Assembly (NCBI GenBank): GCA_937936615.1
Contig: CALDDN010000038.1
Span: 7,226 to 71,225, forward strand
Length of the DNA stretch: 64,000 nt
Reading direction: 5' to 3'
Source: an uncultured Bacteroidia bacterium
Lineage (GTDB): Bacteria; Bacteroidota; Bacteroidia; J057; CALDDN01
The position numbers and the translations under genes were made by a program. A model generated the notes under the pieces. The model was not told the origin of the DNA. It did not search any database and saw nothing but the letters and a program-made list of their open reading frames with translations. Position 1 is the first letter of the stretch. Each line of letters opens with the position of its first letter. This document shows, piece by piece, positions 9,112 to 19,569 of the stretch.

Positions 9112-10236
9112 ATGTCGCTTCGTAAATCCCTGATCGCAACAGTGCTCCTGTTGGTGGCCGGAGTGCTGGCCTTTCGTTACCTGAGCAGCCTGCGCGAAGA
9201 GCCTAAAAAGCAGGCTCCCCCCCAGGTAGTGCGCTCGGTGCGGGTGCAGCCTGCTACCTACCGGTCGGTTGAAACGGCTCTCTCGGCTTATGGTCGGGTG
9301 GCCAATGCGGCTCCCGTGGTGCTTGTTGCCGAGGTGGGCGGTCGCCTGCTAGCGGGCGATGTGCCGTTGAAAGAAGCCCAGCGGTTCCAGGCAGGGCAAA
9401 CTCTTTATCGCATCGATGACACCGAAGCCCGTCTGGCTCTGCAAAGCCAGAAGAGCGAGCTGCTCAATACCTTGGGTCTGCTCATGCCTGATCTCAAGGC
9501 CGACTATCCCGATGCTTTTCCGGAGTGGAAGGACTGGTTCGACCGCCTCGAAACCGACCGGCCCCTGCCTGCTCTGCCTCAATTTCGCAGTCCCGCCGAA
9601 AAAAACTTCTTCAGTACCCGTCGGGTACTGACCCAATACTACAACATCCTCAGTGCCGAGGAACGCCTGAACCGCTACAGCTATCGTGCTCCCTATGCTG
9701 GCAGTTTTGCCGAGGCTGCCATCGAGGTGGGCAGCATCGTTACGCCGGGTACCCGGCTGGGGCGCATCATCCGTACCGACCAGCTCGAAGCGATATTGCC
9801 CGTACCCCTGACCGACCTGCGGTGGGTGCCCCTGGGGGCCAGCTTGCGCCTCTATAACGAGGACCGGAGCCAGAGCTGGCCCGGACGTGTGGTTCGCCTT
9901 TCCGATGCCGTCGACGCGGCCACGCAGGCGGTCAACCTCTACGTAGCCATCACGCCTGTTGCCGGTCAGCCGCTCTACGAAGGGATGTACCTGCAAGCCG
10001 AAGTTCAAGGTAAAGCCGTGCGTCAGGCCATGAGTCTGCCGCGCAACGTCATCGTCCAGAGCGAGCGGGTCTATGTCGTGGTTGATGATCGGCTGGAACT
10101 GCGACCGGTTCAGGTGATCCGCCTCGACCGCGATTCGGCCCTCGTTCAGGGCCTGCCCGAGGGTCTGCCCGTGGTGGTCGAACCCTTGGCCAATGTCAGT
10201 GTAGGCACTGTGGTCAAAACCCGCACCGATTCTTGA
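9112..10236 (+). CDS. efflux RND transporter periplasmic adaptor (MFP/HlyD family)
   Basis: Starting at ATG 9112 gives the membrane anchor MSLRKSLIATVLLLVAGVLAF. The adaptor-like sequence is followed 7 nt later by the RND pump. Confidence 0.85.
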   Translation: MSLRKSLIATVLLLVAGVLAFRYLSSLREEPKKQAPPQVVRSVRVQPATYRSVETALSAYGRVANAAPVVLVAEVGGRLLAGDVPLKEAQRFQAGQTLYRIDDTEARLALQSQKSELLNTLGLLMPDLKADYPDAFPEWKDWFDRLETDRPLPALPQFRSPAEKNFFSTRRVLTQYYNILSAEERLNRYSYRAPYAGSFAEAAIEVGSIVTPGTRLGRIIRTDQLEAILPVPLTDLRWVPLGASLRLYNEDRSQSWPGRVVRLSDAVDAATQAVNLYVAITPVAGQPLYEGMYLQAEVQGKAVRQAMSLPRNVIVQSERVYVVVDDRLELRPVQVIRLDRDSALVQGLPEGLPVVVEPLANVSVGTVVKTRTDS

Positions 10237-10242
10237 GCCGCC

Positions 10243-13200
10243 ATGCGCCACGCCATCCGCCTTTTCATTCAGTATCCGATCTGGGGCTATGTGCTGCTGG
10301 CTGCGCTGGTGGTGCTGGGCTTGGCTGCACTCATGGATTTGCAGCGCAGCTTCTTTCCCGAGCGCAAGGTGCGCAACGTAACCATTCAGGTACTTTATCC
10401 GGGGGCCTCGCCCGAGGAAATGGAGGAAGGCATCACGCTCAAAATCGAGGAGTCGCTGAAGGGCATCGAAGGCATCGAGGAAGTAACCTCGGTTTCACGC
10501 GAGAATGCGGCGGTGATCACGGTCGTGGGCCTCATCGACTGCAACCCCGAGAAGCTTCTGGCTGATGTCAAAAATGCCGTCGACCGCATCAGTGCTTTTC
10601 CGGTCGGGGCCGAAAAGCCTATTGTCTTTCAGGAGAAAGCCGAGGAACGCGCCATTTCGCTCGTGCTTTATGGTACCGACGAGCTTAAAACCCTCAAGAA
10701 GTACGCCGACCGCATCGAGTACGAGCTGCTGGCTTCGGGTCTCATTTCGCAGGTCAAAATTCAGGGCCTGCCCCCGCTCGAACTTTCGGTCGAAGTTTCG
10801 GAGGAAAAATTGCGTCAGTACGGTCTGCGCTTCGACGACCTGGCCGCCGCCCTGCGCGGCAACAACCTCGATGTGTCGGGCGGTTCGATCAAATCGGAGC
10901 GCGAGGAACTGCTCATCCGTTCGCGTACCAAAAGTCATGACCCCTTGGCCTTGGGCGAGATCATTCTGCGTCAGCGACCCGATGGCTCGGTACTGCGTGT
11001 GCGCGATGTGGCCCAGATCAAGGAACAGTTTGCCGACCAGCCTGCCCGAACCATTTACAACGGCCACCGCGCCGTAACCGTACAGGTGAGCAAACTGCCT
11101 GTCGAAGACCTCATTCGGATCACCGACTACTGCCACGACTACGCCCAGCGGTTTACCGAGGCCAACGCTCCGCTTGTTCTCAAAGCGACCAACGACCGCT
11201 CGATCATCATCCGCCAGCGTATCGCGCTGCTGGTCAACAACGGCCTGACGGGCCTGTTGCTGGTGCTGCTGGTACTCAGCCTGTTCCTCAATGTCCGACT
11301 GGCTTTCTGGGTTGCCCTCTCGATTCCTGTCTCGTTTGCGGGCATGTTCATTGTAGCCGACTTTGCCGACATTACTATAAACGTGCTCTCGCTCTTCGGC
11401 ATGATCCTCGTCATCGGTATTCTGGTCGATGATGGCATAGTCATAGGCGAAAATATTTTCACACACTATGAAAATGGTTCGCCCCCCATTCAGGCCGCCC
11501 TCAACGGCACAATGGAGGTTTTTCCGTCGGTATTTGCTGCCGTTACGACGACCATTGTCATGTTTCTGACCTTCTTTTTTCTCGAAGGTCGCCTCGGAGA
11601 GGCCATGTGGCAGATGGGGCTGGTGGTGGTAGCCTGTCTGGCATTCTCGCTGGTGGAGGGTGCCCTGTTGCTGCCCGAGCACCTGGCCCACTCGCTGCCC
11701 GATCGGAACCGGCAGGTGCCCCGTTTTCGCCGGGTGCTCGAACGGAGCATCGACTATGTTCGCATTCAGCTCTATGGGCGGCTGCTTCGTCGAGCCGTTC
11801 GCTACCCCTACCTGACGCTGGCTGTTGTGGTACTCTTTGCCCTGACGGTCATGGGCCTGCTCAGTGGTGGTCTGATTAAAACGACCTTTTTCCCTTTCGT
11901 CGATGGCGATGAAATTTCGATCACTCTGACACTTAAACCCGGTACCCGTGAAACCCGAACCGAGGCCCTATTGCGTGATATTGAAGCCAAAGTATGGGAA
12001 GTGAACCGCGAGTTTTCGGCCCGCAGGACGGATTCACTCAACTACATCCTGAGTACGCGCATCGACATCAACGAGAACAATTCGGAAGAGGGCAGCCTGT
12101 TCGTCGAACTGCTCGATGGCGAGACCCGGAATCTGGAATCGTTCGTGCTGACGCAGGCCATACGCGACAAGGTGGGCGAGATTCCCGAAGCGGAGAAATT
12201 CACGGTGGGGGGCTTTCAGTTTTTTGGCAAGCCGGTGGTTATCAGCGCGTCGGGCATGGATTTGGCCTCGCTGGAGGCAGCCCGCCAGTTTCTGCGCCGC
12301 GAGCTGGAGCAGTACCCCCAGCTGCGCGATATCACCGACAACCAGATTGCAGGCAAGCAGGAAATCGATATTCGCCTCAAGCCCCTGGCCTATACGATGG
12401 GGCTGACCTCGCTCGATGTGCTGCGGCAAATCCGGCAGGGCTTTTTTGGGGAGGAGGTGCAGCGGCTGCAGGTGGGTAAGGACGAAATCCGTGTCTGGGT
12501 GCGCTACCGGCCCGAAGACCGCCGCAGCCTCGGCCAGCTCGAAGCCGTGCGCCTGCGTACCCCCGATGGGCGCGAATTTCCCCTTAACGAGCTGATCGAA
12601 TACGAGACCAAGCGCAGCATCGTAACGGTAAATCACTTTCAGGGTAGCCGCGAAATCCGTGTCGAAGCTGACCTGAACGACCCCAACGAGCCGGTGCCCC
12701 CCTTGCTGGCCCGCATCGAAAATGACATCTTCCCCCGCCTGAAAGCTGAAATACCGGGTATTCAACTTAAATTTGAAGGACAGGACAAAGAAAATCGCAA
12801 GTTTCAGGTATCCTTGCGGCGAGCCATTCCCTATTCGCTGGCGGGTCTTATTGTCATCCTGATGCTGACCCTGCGCAGCATCTCGCAGCCTTTCCTCATT
12901 ATTTCTTTGGTACCACTGGCTTTGCTGGGTGCTGCCGCCGGACACGGTATCGAAGGCAAGCCCGTTTCCATTTTCAGTGCCTTTGGTCTGATTGCTCTGA
13001 TGGGGGTTGTAGTCAACGATTCGGTTGTTTTCATCGACAAGTTCAATGCCCTGCTGCGCAAGGGAATCCCCATTCGTGAGGCCGCCTGGCAGTCTGGTGT
13101 CGCTCGCTTTCGGGCCATTGTGCTGACATCGTTGACTACCATCGCGGGCCTCTATCCGCTGATTCTGGAGAAAAGCCGGCAGGCCCAGTTCCTGATCCCG

Positions 13201-13473
13201 ATGGCCATTTCGGTGGCTTGGGGCATGGTCTTCGCCACGTTTCTGACCCTGCTTTTTCTGCCGGCTTTACTCCTGATTTACAACGACATCCGTGTGGCGG
13301 TGCGCTGGCTCTGGACAGGTCGCCGGCCCAGTCCCGAAAGTGTCGAGCCTTCGGTACGCGAGCTTATGCGTCTGGAACATGCCGCCGCGCTTGACCTCGA
13401 GCACTCCACCAATGGTCATGCTCCCGATGAGACAACCGATCCCGCCACCCCGCATGAAATGCTGGCTCGTTAG
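10243..13473 (+). CDS. RND efflux transporter permease (AcrB/HAE family)
   Basis: 1076 aa with the typical 12-TM, two-large-loop layout. N-terminus is FIQYPIWGYVLLAALVVLG. Confidence 0.95.
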   Translation: MRHAIRLFIQYPIWGYVLLAALVVLGLAALMDLQRSFFPERKVRNVTIQVLYPGASPEEMEEGITLKIEESLKGIEGIEEVTSVSRENAAVITVVGLIDCNPEKLLADVKNAVDRISAFPVGAEKPIVFQEKAEERAISLVLYGTDELKTLKKYADRIEYELLASGLISQVKIQGLPPLELSVEVSEEKLRQYGLRFDDLAAALRGNNLDVSGGSIKSEREELLIRSRTKSHDPLALGEIILRQRPDGSVLRVRDVAQIKEQFADQPARTIYNGHRAVTVQVSKLPVEDLIRITDYCHDYAQRFTEANAPLVLKATNDRSIIIRQRIALLVNNGLTGLLLVLLVLSLFLNVRLAFWVALSIPVSFAGMFIVADFADITINVLSLFGMILVIGILVDDGIVIGENIFTHYENGSPPIQAALNGTMEVFPSVFAAVTTTIVMFLTFFFLEGRLGEAMWQMGLVVVACLAFSLVEGALLLPEHLAHSLPDRNRQVPRFRRVLERSIDYVRIQLYGRLLRRAVRYPYLTLAVVVLFALTVMGLLSGGLIKTTFFPFVDGDEISITLTLKPGTRETRTEALLRDIEAKVWEVNREFSARRTDSLNYILSTRIDINENNSEEGSLFVELLDGETRNLESFVLTQAIRDKVGEIPEAEKFTVGGFQFFGKPVVISASGMDLASLEAARQFLRRELEQYPQLRDITDNQIAGKQEIDIRLKPLAYTMGLTSLDVLRQIRQGFFGEEVQRLQVGKDEIRVWVRYRPEDRRSLGQLEAVRLRTPDGREFPLNELIEYETKRSIVTVNHFQGSREIRVEADLNDPNEPVPPLLARIENDIFPRLKAEIPGIQLKFEGQDKENRKFQVSLRRAIPYSLAGLIVILMLTLRSISQPFLIISLVPLALLGAAAGHGIEGKPVSIFSAFGLIALMGVVVNDSVVFIDKFNALLRKGIPIREAAWQSGVARFRAIVLTSLTTIAGLYPLILEKSRQAQFLIPMAISVAWGMVFATFLTLLFLPALLLIYNDIRVAVRWLWTGRRPSPESVEPSVRELMRLEHAAALDLEHSTNGHAPDETTDPATPHEMLAR

Positions 13474-14779
13474 GCTGCTGCTTGCCATGCTGGTCGTTGC
13501 CGGTGGCGGACGGGCAGCAGCCCAACTGGCCCCCCGCCCTCTGGGTCTGGCCGAGGCCCTCCAAATTGCTCTGCGGGAAAACTATGGCCTGCAGATCGCT
13601 GCCCGGCAGGTCGATATTGCCCGCCGCAGCAATCATCCCAGTCTGGCCGGTCGCTACCCGACCCTGGAACTGCTGCTGGCCGACAACAACCGCCTGCAAC
13701 AGATCGATAACCCCGCCTCTTTCATCAACGGTACCTTTCAGAATATTGGCCTCAATGGTCAGGTGCAGCTCAACTGGGTGCTTTTCGACGGCTGGCGGGT
13801 CAGCCTGACGCAAGATCGGCTGCAGCAGCTCCAGTTCCTGGCCGAAGGCTCGGAGCAGATTGCCATTCAAAACACAGTGCAGGCGGTTCTGCAGGCTTAC
13901 TACACGGCCCAGCTGGAACGGCAGCGGCTGCTGACCCTCGAAGAAGCCGTCCGCCTGAGCGAGCAGCGTCTCCGCATCGAGGAAGACCGCCGCAGCCTCG
14001 GGGCTGGCACGGGCTTCGACCTCGAGCAGGCTCGCGCCAATTACTACAACGACCGGCGCAACGCCCAGATTCAGCAGCAAAACTACCGCCAGGCCTTGCT
14101 GGCCCTCCACGAGCTGCTTAATCTCGATCCGACCCAGGCCCTCGAACTGACCGATCCGTTGCCCGAGCCACCGCCTGCTCCCGAATACGAACCCGAAGCC
14201 TTGCGCGAACGCCTGCGCAGCCGCAACCCCGATTTGCGCAACGAATACATCAACTACGAAATCCTGAAGCGGGATTACGAACTGGCGCGAAGCCAGCAGC
14301 TGCCTACCGTCAGCCTCAATCTGGGTTCGGGCTATACCCTTAGCCGTATCAAGCTCAACGACTTTGAACCCGCTACTGGGCGAACTGCGGACTACTTCGC
14401 CAACTTTACTCTGAGCTGGCGGCTTTTTCAGGGAGGGGCCATCCGGCGGCAGATCGAAAACAGTGCCGTGCAGCAGCAAATCGGCCGGCTGAGTGTCGAT
14501 CGGGCCCGTCTGGGTCTGGAGATTCGCCTCGAAACTGCCTGGCAGGATTACCTGACGCGGTTCGAGGCGTGGAAGCTGGCCCAGCTGGCCCTTACAGCCC
14601 AACGCCGCGTCCTCGAGACGGCAGCCGAACGCCTGCGGCTCGGCACCATTACCACCCTCGATTTTCGCAACTTCCAGCTTCAGACCATTCAGTCCGAATT
14701 CGCGCTGCTCGAAGCCCAGCATCGCCTGGTTCTTGCCGATGTCGAATTGCTGCGCCTGACGGGCGGAATCGTCCGCTAA
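13454..14779 (+). CDS. TolC-family outer membrane efflux protein
   Basis: Starting at ATG 13454 gives the signal peptide MKCWLVRLLLAMLVVAGGGRAAAQ and overlaps the RND gene end by 20 nt. The sequence has repeated coiled-coil/beta-barrel halves typical of TolC. Confidence 0.85.
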   Translation: MKCWLVRLLLAMLVVAGGGRAAAQLAPRPLGLAEALQIALRENYGLQIAARQVDIARRSNHPSLAGRYPTLELLLADNNRLQQIDNPASFINGTFQNIGLNGQVQLNWVLFDGWRVSLTQDRLQQLQFLAEGSEQIAIQNTVQAVLQAYYTAQLERQRLLTLEEAVRLSEQRLRIEEDRRSLGAGTGFDLEQARANYYNDRRNAQIQQQNYRQALLALHELLNLDPTQALELTDPLPEPPPAPEYEPEALRERLRSRNPDLRNEYINYEILKRDYELARSQQLPTVSLNLGSGYTLSRIKLNDFEPATGRTADYFANFTLSWRLFQGGAIRRQIENSAVQQQIGRLSVDRARLGLEIRLETAWQDYLTRFEAWKLAQLALTAQRRVLETAAERLRLGTITTLDFRNFQLQTIQSEFALLEAQHRLVLADVELLRLTGGIVR

Positions 14780-14789
14780 ATCTTCCGTC

Positions 14790-14826
14790 ATTTCAGTACT
14801 TTGTCTACTGAAATTTTATTTTTTTA
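14790..14826 (+). terminator. intrinsic terminator of the efflux operon
   Basis: atttcagta (14790-14798) pairs with tactgaaat (14806-14814) and is followed by tttattttttt. Confidence 0.75.
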
Positions 14827-14900
14827 CCCTGATTTGTTTTTTACCTCAGCCAGGCTCGACCTGCCCGGAACCCGATGGCTGACCAATCGGTTTTCAATTC

Positions 14901-16460
14901 ATGGTGAAATACGACGTCGTGGTGGTGGGATCGGGTATGGGGGGACTGAGTGGCGCATTGGTGCTGGCCAGTCAGGGTTATCGTGTGTTGGTGCTCGAAG
15001 CCAACTACCTGCCGGGCGGCTGTTGCTCGTCCTACTGGCGCAAGGGCCGCATCCTCGAAACGGGAGCGACAACCCTCATGGGCTTTGATGCGGGCCAGCC
15101 CTTGGATTTGCTTCAGCGTGAGACCGGCTTTTCGGTCGACCTCAAGCCCATCGACCCCGCCATGACCGTTCATCTTGATGGCCATCGGCTGGTCCGCTGG
15201 CGCGATCGCGACCGCTGGCTCGAAGAGGTGATCGCAGCTTTCGGTCAGGGCAGGGAGCAGAGCCGTCTATGGAAGCTGCTCTTTGAACTGAGCGACTTTG
15301 TGTGGAAAGTAGCGGGCAAAAATTTTCACTTTCCCCCTCAGAACCTCGGAGACCTGTGGGCGATGGCCCGTACCAACTCGCCGCTGGATGTGCTGAAGCT
15401 GCGCTGGGCTTTCCGTTCGACGGCCAGTGTGCTGCGCAGTTACGGCCTTGCAGGCAATCGCGGGCTGCGCCGCTTCATCGACGAACAGCTGATGATCACG
15501 GCACAGGCCACGGCCGAGCAGACTCCCTTTCTGTTTGCCGCGCCAGCCTTGTGCTACACCCATTACACGAATTTTTACGCTCCCGGGGGGCTGATCAGTC
15601 TGCCGGCGGCAGTTATTGAGCGGCTGGGGCAACTGGGCGGTAGTCTGGAGCTTCGCCAGCGGGTAACGCGCGTCGAGCAGACCGTCGATGGCTGGCGCGT
15701 TCATACTGAAAACGGAGCCTGTTTCGCGACGCGGGCCGTGCTCTCGAACCTGCCCATCTGGAACCTGCCCGAGCTGACCGAAGGCTCGCTGCGGCACTGG
15801 GCGCAGCGGCAGGCCGACCGCTTCACCGAGTACTGGAGTGCCTTCACGATGAGCGTCGTCATCGACGACGTGCTGCCACCCGAATCCAGCCTGCACCACC
15901 AGCTCATCCTCCCCGAAGGACAGACTATTCCTCGCTGCGGGTCGCATTCAGTTTTTGTGTCGATTTCCGATCCGAGCGACCGGCTGCGTTGCGCCGCTGG
16001 CGAGCGGGTGCTGGCTCTTTCGACGCATGCGGCCCGTCCGGCCGACTGGTTTGCTCTCGACCGTCAGACCTATACCGCCTGGAAGGCCGAAGCCTCGGAA
16101 GCGATGCTCGATACGCTGGAGCGACAGCTGCCGGGTTTTTCACGTGCGGCCATCCGCTACCGGCTGGACTCCAGTCCGGCGACCTGGCAGGACTGGATTT
16201 TCCGGCACCGTGGCAGTGTAGGGGGGCTGCCCCAGCGTATGGGACAGCTGCTTGGGGGGCTGCTGGCAGCCCGAACACCTTTTCGGGGTCTGGTGCTTTG
16301 TGGCGATACAGTCTACCCGGGACAGGGGGTGCCGGGCGTGGTGCTGGGTGGCCTCATCGCGGCACGGCGACTGCGCGAGCAGCTGGGCCAACCGCTGCCT
16401 CCCGTTGCATGGCCTGTGCTGCCGGAACCCAGAACGGTCGAAGCAGCCATTGCAGGTTGA
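14901..16460 (+). CDS. FAD-dependent carotenoid desaturase of the CrtI superfamily (CrtD-like)
   Basis: 519 aa with the dinucleotide fold YDVVVVGSGMGGLSGALVLA..LEANYLPGGC. It lies at the head of the crt cluster. Exact regiospecificity cannot be read from the sequence. Confidence 0.7.
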   Translation: MVKYDVVVVGSGMGGLSGALVLASQGYRVLVLEANYLPGGCCSSYWRKGRILETGATTLMGFDAGQPLDLLQRETGFSVDLKPIDPAMTVHLDGHRLVRWRDRDRWLEEVIAAFGQGREQSRLWKLLFELSDFVWKVAGKNFHFPPQNLGDLWAMARTNSPLDVLKLRWAFRSTASVLRSYGLAGNRGLRRFIDEQLMITAQATAEQTPFLFAAPALCYTHYTNFYAPGGLISLPAAVIERLGQLGGSLELRQRVTRVEQTVDGWRVHTENGACFATRAVLSNLPIWNLPELTEGSLRHWAQRQADRFTEYWSAFTMSVVIDDVLPPESSLHHQLILPEGQTIPRCGSHSVFVSISDPSDRLRCAAGERVLALSTHAARPADWFALDRQTYTAWKAEASEAMLDTLERQLPGFSRAAIRYRLDSSPATWQDWIFRHRGSVGGLPQRMGQLLGGLLAARTPFRGLVLCGDTVYPGQGVPGVVLGGLIAARRLREQLGQPLPPVAWPVLPEPRTVEAAIAG

Positions 16461-16533
16461 CGCTTTTGCGTGGCGTATGAACTTTTGCCGCAGGCAGAAG
16501 CTTATATTTTCATTCACAAAAGAAAAAGTAGGC

Positions 16534-18027
16534 ATGGCAAAAGATGTGCTGGTGATTGGGGCGGGTTTGGGCGGACTGGCTACGGCCCTGCGGCTCACAA
16601 CGCACGGCTACCGCGTCCGCATCCTCGAAAAGCACCACCAGGCGGGCGGGCGGCTCAATCAGCTCAAGGCTGAAGGTTTTACTTTCGATGTAGGCCCTTC
16701 ATTTTTCAGCATGAGCTACGAATTTGAGGAGCTGTTTCGTAGCGCGGGTCTTGCCCTTCCTTTCGAACTGCGCGAGCTCGACCCCTGCTACGTGGTTTAT
16801 TTCCGTAAGCACAAGCAGCCATTTAGAATTTACAAGAACCTCGACCGCCTGCAGGCTGAATTCGAAGCGTTCGAGCCTGATTTCAAGGCGAAAATGGAAC
16901 GCTACCTGGCGCGGGCGGGCCAAATTTTTCACGACACGGAACATCGGATTGTCAAGCGCAATTTTAACGGCTCGATCGATCACCTGTGGGCAATGGCCCA
17001 GGTACCCTGGAAGCACGCACCGATGATGTTCCGGTCGATGTGGACCGAGCTGGGCCGCCACTTTGAATCGGAAGAGGTAAAGGTTATTTTCTCGTTGGTG
17101 GCTTTTTTTCTGGGGGCTACGCCTTTCGATACACCTGCAGTTTACTCCTTATTAAATTACACCGAGCTGAAGCACGACGGCTACTGGAACGTGAGCGGCG
17201 GCATGTACCGTATCGTCGAGACGCTGGTAGCCGAACTGGAACGGCGTGGGGTTGAGTTTCACTTCAATACGGAGGTGGTTGCTGTCAAGGAGCGAAGCGG
17301 TCGGGTGTTGAGCGTCCGCGACCGCTCGGGACGCGACTGGGGAGCCGATGTTTTCGTCTGCAACGGCGATGCGGCGGCTTTTCGGGGTCAGGTACTGGGC
17401 CGTCCGGGCTTCGAGGAAAAGAAACTGGATGCCCTGCACTGGACTCTGGCCCCCTTCACGATGTATCTGGGTGTAAAGGGCAGGATCGAGGGGCTGGCCC
17501 ATCACAGCTATTTTTTGGGTGATAACTTTACGGAATACGCCAACCAGATCTTTCGCACTTCGGTAGCCCCTGAAAAGCCCTACTACTATGTGAATGTCAG
17601 CTCGAAATCGAATCCCGAATGCGCTCCCGAAGGCTGCGAGAACCTGTTTATTCTCTGTCCGGTGCCCGACCTGCGCTACAAGCCTGACTGGAGCGATGCC
17701 GACCGGCTGGCTGACACCATCATCGCCGACCTGGGCGAGCGCGTCGGCTACGACATTGCGGCCAATCTGCTGACGCGCACGGTTTACACGCCCGAGCACT
17801 GGCGCGATCTCTTTAACCTCTACAAGGGCAGCGGTCTGGGTCTTGCCCACGACCTGGGCCAGATCGGCGGCCTGCGGCCTGCCAATAAGGACGAAAAAAA
17901 CAGTAACTTGTACTACGTTGGGGCCTCGACGGTTCCTGGCACGGGCCTTCCAATCGTTGTGATCGGCTCGAAGTTAGTTACCGAACGCGTTCTGAATGAC
18001 CACAGCCTCGAGTATGCAGCTGTATAG
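16534..18027 (+). CDS. crtI: phytoene desaturase
   Basis: Starting at ATG 16534 gives MAKDVLVIGAGLGGLATALRL..GGR, and the C-terminus carries the CrtI signature YYVGASTVPGTGLP. The 94 upstream codons in the track are an in-frame extension overlapping the previous gene. Confidence 0.9.
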   Translation: MAKDVLVIGAGLGGLATALRLTTHGYRVRILEKHHQAGGRLNQLKAEGFTFDVGPSFFSMSYEFEELFRSAGLALPFELRELDPCYVVYFRKHKQPFRIYKNLDRLQAEFEAFEPDFKAKMERYLARAGQIFHDTEHRIVKRNFNGSIDHLWAMAQVPWKHAPMMFRSMWTELGRHFESEEVKVIFSLVAFFLGATPFDTPAVYSLLNYTELKHDGYWNVSGGMYRIVETLVAELERRGVEFHFNTEVVAVKERSGRVLSVRDRSGRDWGADVFVCNGDAAAFRGQVLGRPGFEEKKLDALHWTLAPFTMYLGVKGRIEGLAHHSYFLGDNFTEYANQIFRTSVAPEKPYYYVNVSSKSNPECAPEGCENLFILCPVPDLRYKPDWSDADRLADTIIADLGERVGYDIAANLLTRTVYTPEHWRDLFNLYKGSGLGLAHDLGQIGGLRPANKDEKNSNLYYVGASTVPGTGLPIVVIGSKLVTERVLNDHSLEYAAV

Positions 18028-18847
18028 CCGCACGGCCAATAGGTGCAGCCGGCTCATCACCCGAGCCTACAGTACCTCCTTTTCGCTGGGAATCCGCTGT
18101 CTGGCCCGTCGGCATCACGCCTCCATCTACGCCATTTACGGCTTTGTGCGCTTAGCCGACGAAATCGTCGATACCTTTCATGAGCATGATAAGGCCGGTC
18201 TGCTGCGCCGGTTCCGGGAGGAGACCTTCCGCAGCATCGAGGAGGGGATTTCGCTCAATCCGGTGTTGCAGGCTTTTCAGGAGGTCGTGCGTCAGTACCG
18301 CATCCCGCTCGATTTGATCGAGGCTTTTTTGCACAGCATGGATATGGATCTGCGGCCCATGCACTACAACGACACCCTTTATAATCAGTATATCTACGGT
18401 TCGGCCGAGGTTGTGGGGCTGATGTGCCTGTGCGTGTTCTGCGAGGGCGACACCGCCCGCTACGAAAGCCTCAAGCCAGCAGCCCGCCGCCTGGGTGCGG
18501 CCTTTCAGAAGGTCAATTTTCTGCGTGATCTGCGGGCCGATTACAACGAGCGGGGACGTGTCTATTTTCCGGGAGTCGATTTGGCCTGTTTCACCGAGGC
18601 CGACAAGCGGCGGATCGAGCAGGATATCGCCGAGGACTTCAAAGCCGCATACGAGGGCATCGTGCGCCTGCCAGCTACCGCCCGCTTTGGGGTCTATGTC
18701 GCCTACATCTATTACCTGAAGCTCTTTGATAAAATCCGCCGCGCTCCCATCGAACGGGTGCTGCAGGAACGCATCCGCATCTCCAACACGCGGAAGTTTC
18801 GCCTGCTGGTGCAGTCGTGGTTCCGCTACCAGCTCAAAACCATCTGA
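17996..18847 (+). CDS. crtB: phytoene synthase
   Basis: 283 aa with squalene/phytoene synthase motifs (YGFVRLADEIVD, YIYGSAEVVGLM, ...NFLRDL..D). The start is either 17996 or 18014; both overlap the end of crtI. Confidence 0.9.
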   Translation: MTTASSMQLYSRTANRCSRLITRAYSTSFSLGIRCLARRHHASIYAIYGFVRLADEIVDTFHEHDKAGLLRRFREETFRSIEEGISLNPVLQAFQEVVRQYRIPLDLIEAFLHSMDMDLRPMHYNDTLYNQYIYGSAEVVGLMCLCVFCEGDTARYESLKPAARRLGAAFQKVNFLRDLRADYNERGRVYFPGVDLACFTEADKRRIEQDIAEDFKAAYEGIVRLPATARFGVYVAYIYYLKLFDKIRRAPIERVLQERIRISNTRKFRLLVQSWFRYQLKTI

Positions 18848-19569
18848 TGACCAACCAAGCCTGGGTATACTTCTGGCTCGATGCAGGTACGGTGCTGCTG
18901 CCTCTGCTGCTGTCTTTCGATCGCAAGGTGCACTACTACCGCCGTTTCCGGTACCTGATTCCGGCAATTGTGCTGCCGTTGATCCCTTTCGTAGTCTGGG
19001 ACTGGCTTTTTACTGAAGCAGGCATCTGGTGGTTCAGCGACGTATATACCTTGGGCCTGAAGATCGGACCGCTGCCGCTCGAGGAGTGGGGCTTTTTCGT
19101 GGCGGTACCCTTCGGCTGCCTTTTCGTCTACGATTGCCTCAATCGCTGGCTGCCGTGGGAAAACGACGGCCCGTGGGTTCGGCGAGGCACGCTCTGGGCC
19201 ATTGGGTTGGTGCTTTTTATTGGTCTGCTGTTCTATGAGCGGCTCTACACCTCGGTAACGGCGGTATCGTTTGCCTCAGCTTGGGGGCTGCATCTCGCCC
19301 TGCACGGCTGGCAGTGGGCGGGCCGCGTCTGGCGGGCATGGGCCGTGTGCCAGATTCCGTTTTTTGCTGTCAATGGCGTACTGACCAGCCTGCCCGTCGT
19401 TTTTTACAACGACAGTCAGAACCTGGGCCTGCGCATAGGCAGTATCCCTGCTGAGGATACCTTTTATGGTATGACTTTGTTCTTACTTAATGTAACGGTC
19501 TATGAATACGTCCAGCGACGCGCCGGCCTACCTGCCCCCGGTTCGACCCGCGCAAACGTGGCTGCGTGA
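18847..19569 (+). CDS. fused lycopene-cyclase-domain protein (CrtYc/Yd-type)
   Basis: ATG 18847 overlaps the crtB stop (tgATGa). Two membrane half-domains are present, with the motifs PLEEWGFF and IPAEDTFYG. Confidence 0.8.
   Translation: MTNQAWVYFWLDAGTVLLPLLLSFDRKVHYYRRFRYLIPAIVLPLIPFVVWDWLFTEAGIWWFSDVYTLGLKIGPLPLEEWGFFVAVPFGCLFVYDCLNRWLPWENDGPWVRRGTLWAIGLVLFIGLLFYERLYTSVTAVSFASAWGLHLALHGWQWAGRVWRAWAVCQIPFFAVNGVLTSLPVVFYNDSQNLGLRIGSIPAEDTFYGMTLFLLNVTVYEYVQRRAGLPAPGSTRANVAA

Noticed and set aside
13292-13453. Upstream in-frame extension of the TolC ORF. The same issue applies at 16252-16533 (crtI), 21292-21432 (AAA+), 44040-44174 (giant gene 2), 5763-5837, 9040-9111, 34956-35021 and 62163-62216.
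   Set aside because: The extensions overlap upstream genes or terminators and lack signal or anchor sequences. The internal ATGs give canonical N-termini (signal peptides, Rossmann folds).
9349-14791. Minus-strand ORFs of 300, 398, 303 and 475 aa across the RND operon.
   Set aside because: They are antisense shadows of the adaptor, pump and TolC genes, and have no motifs.
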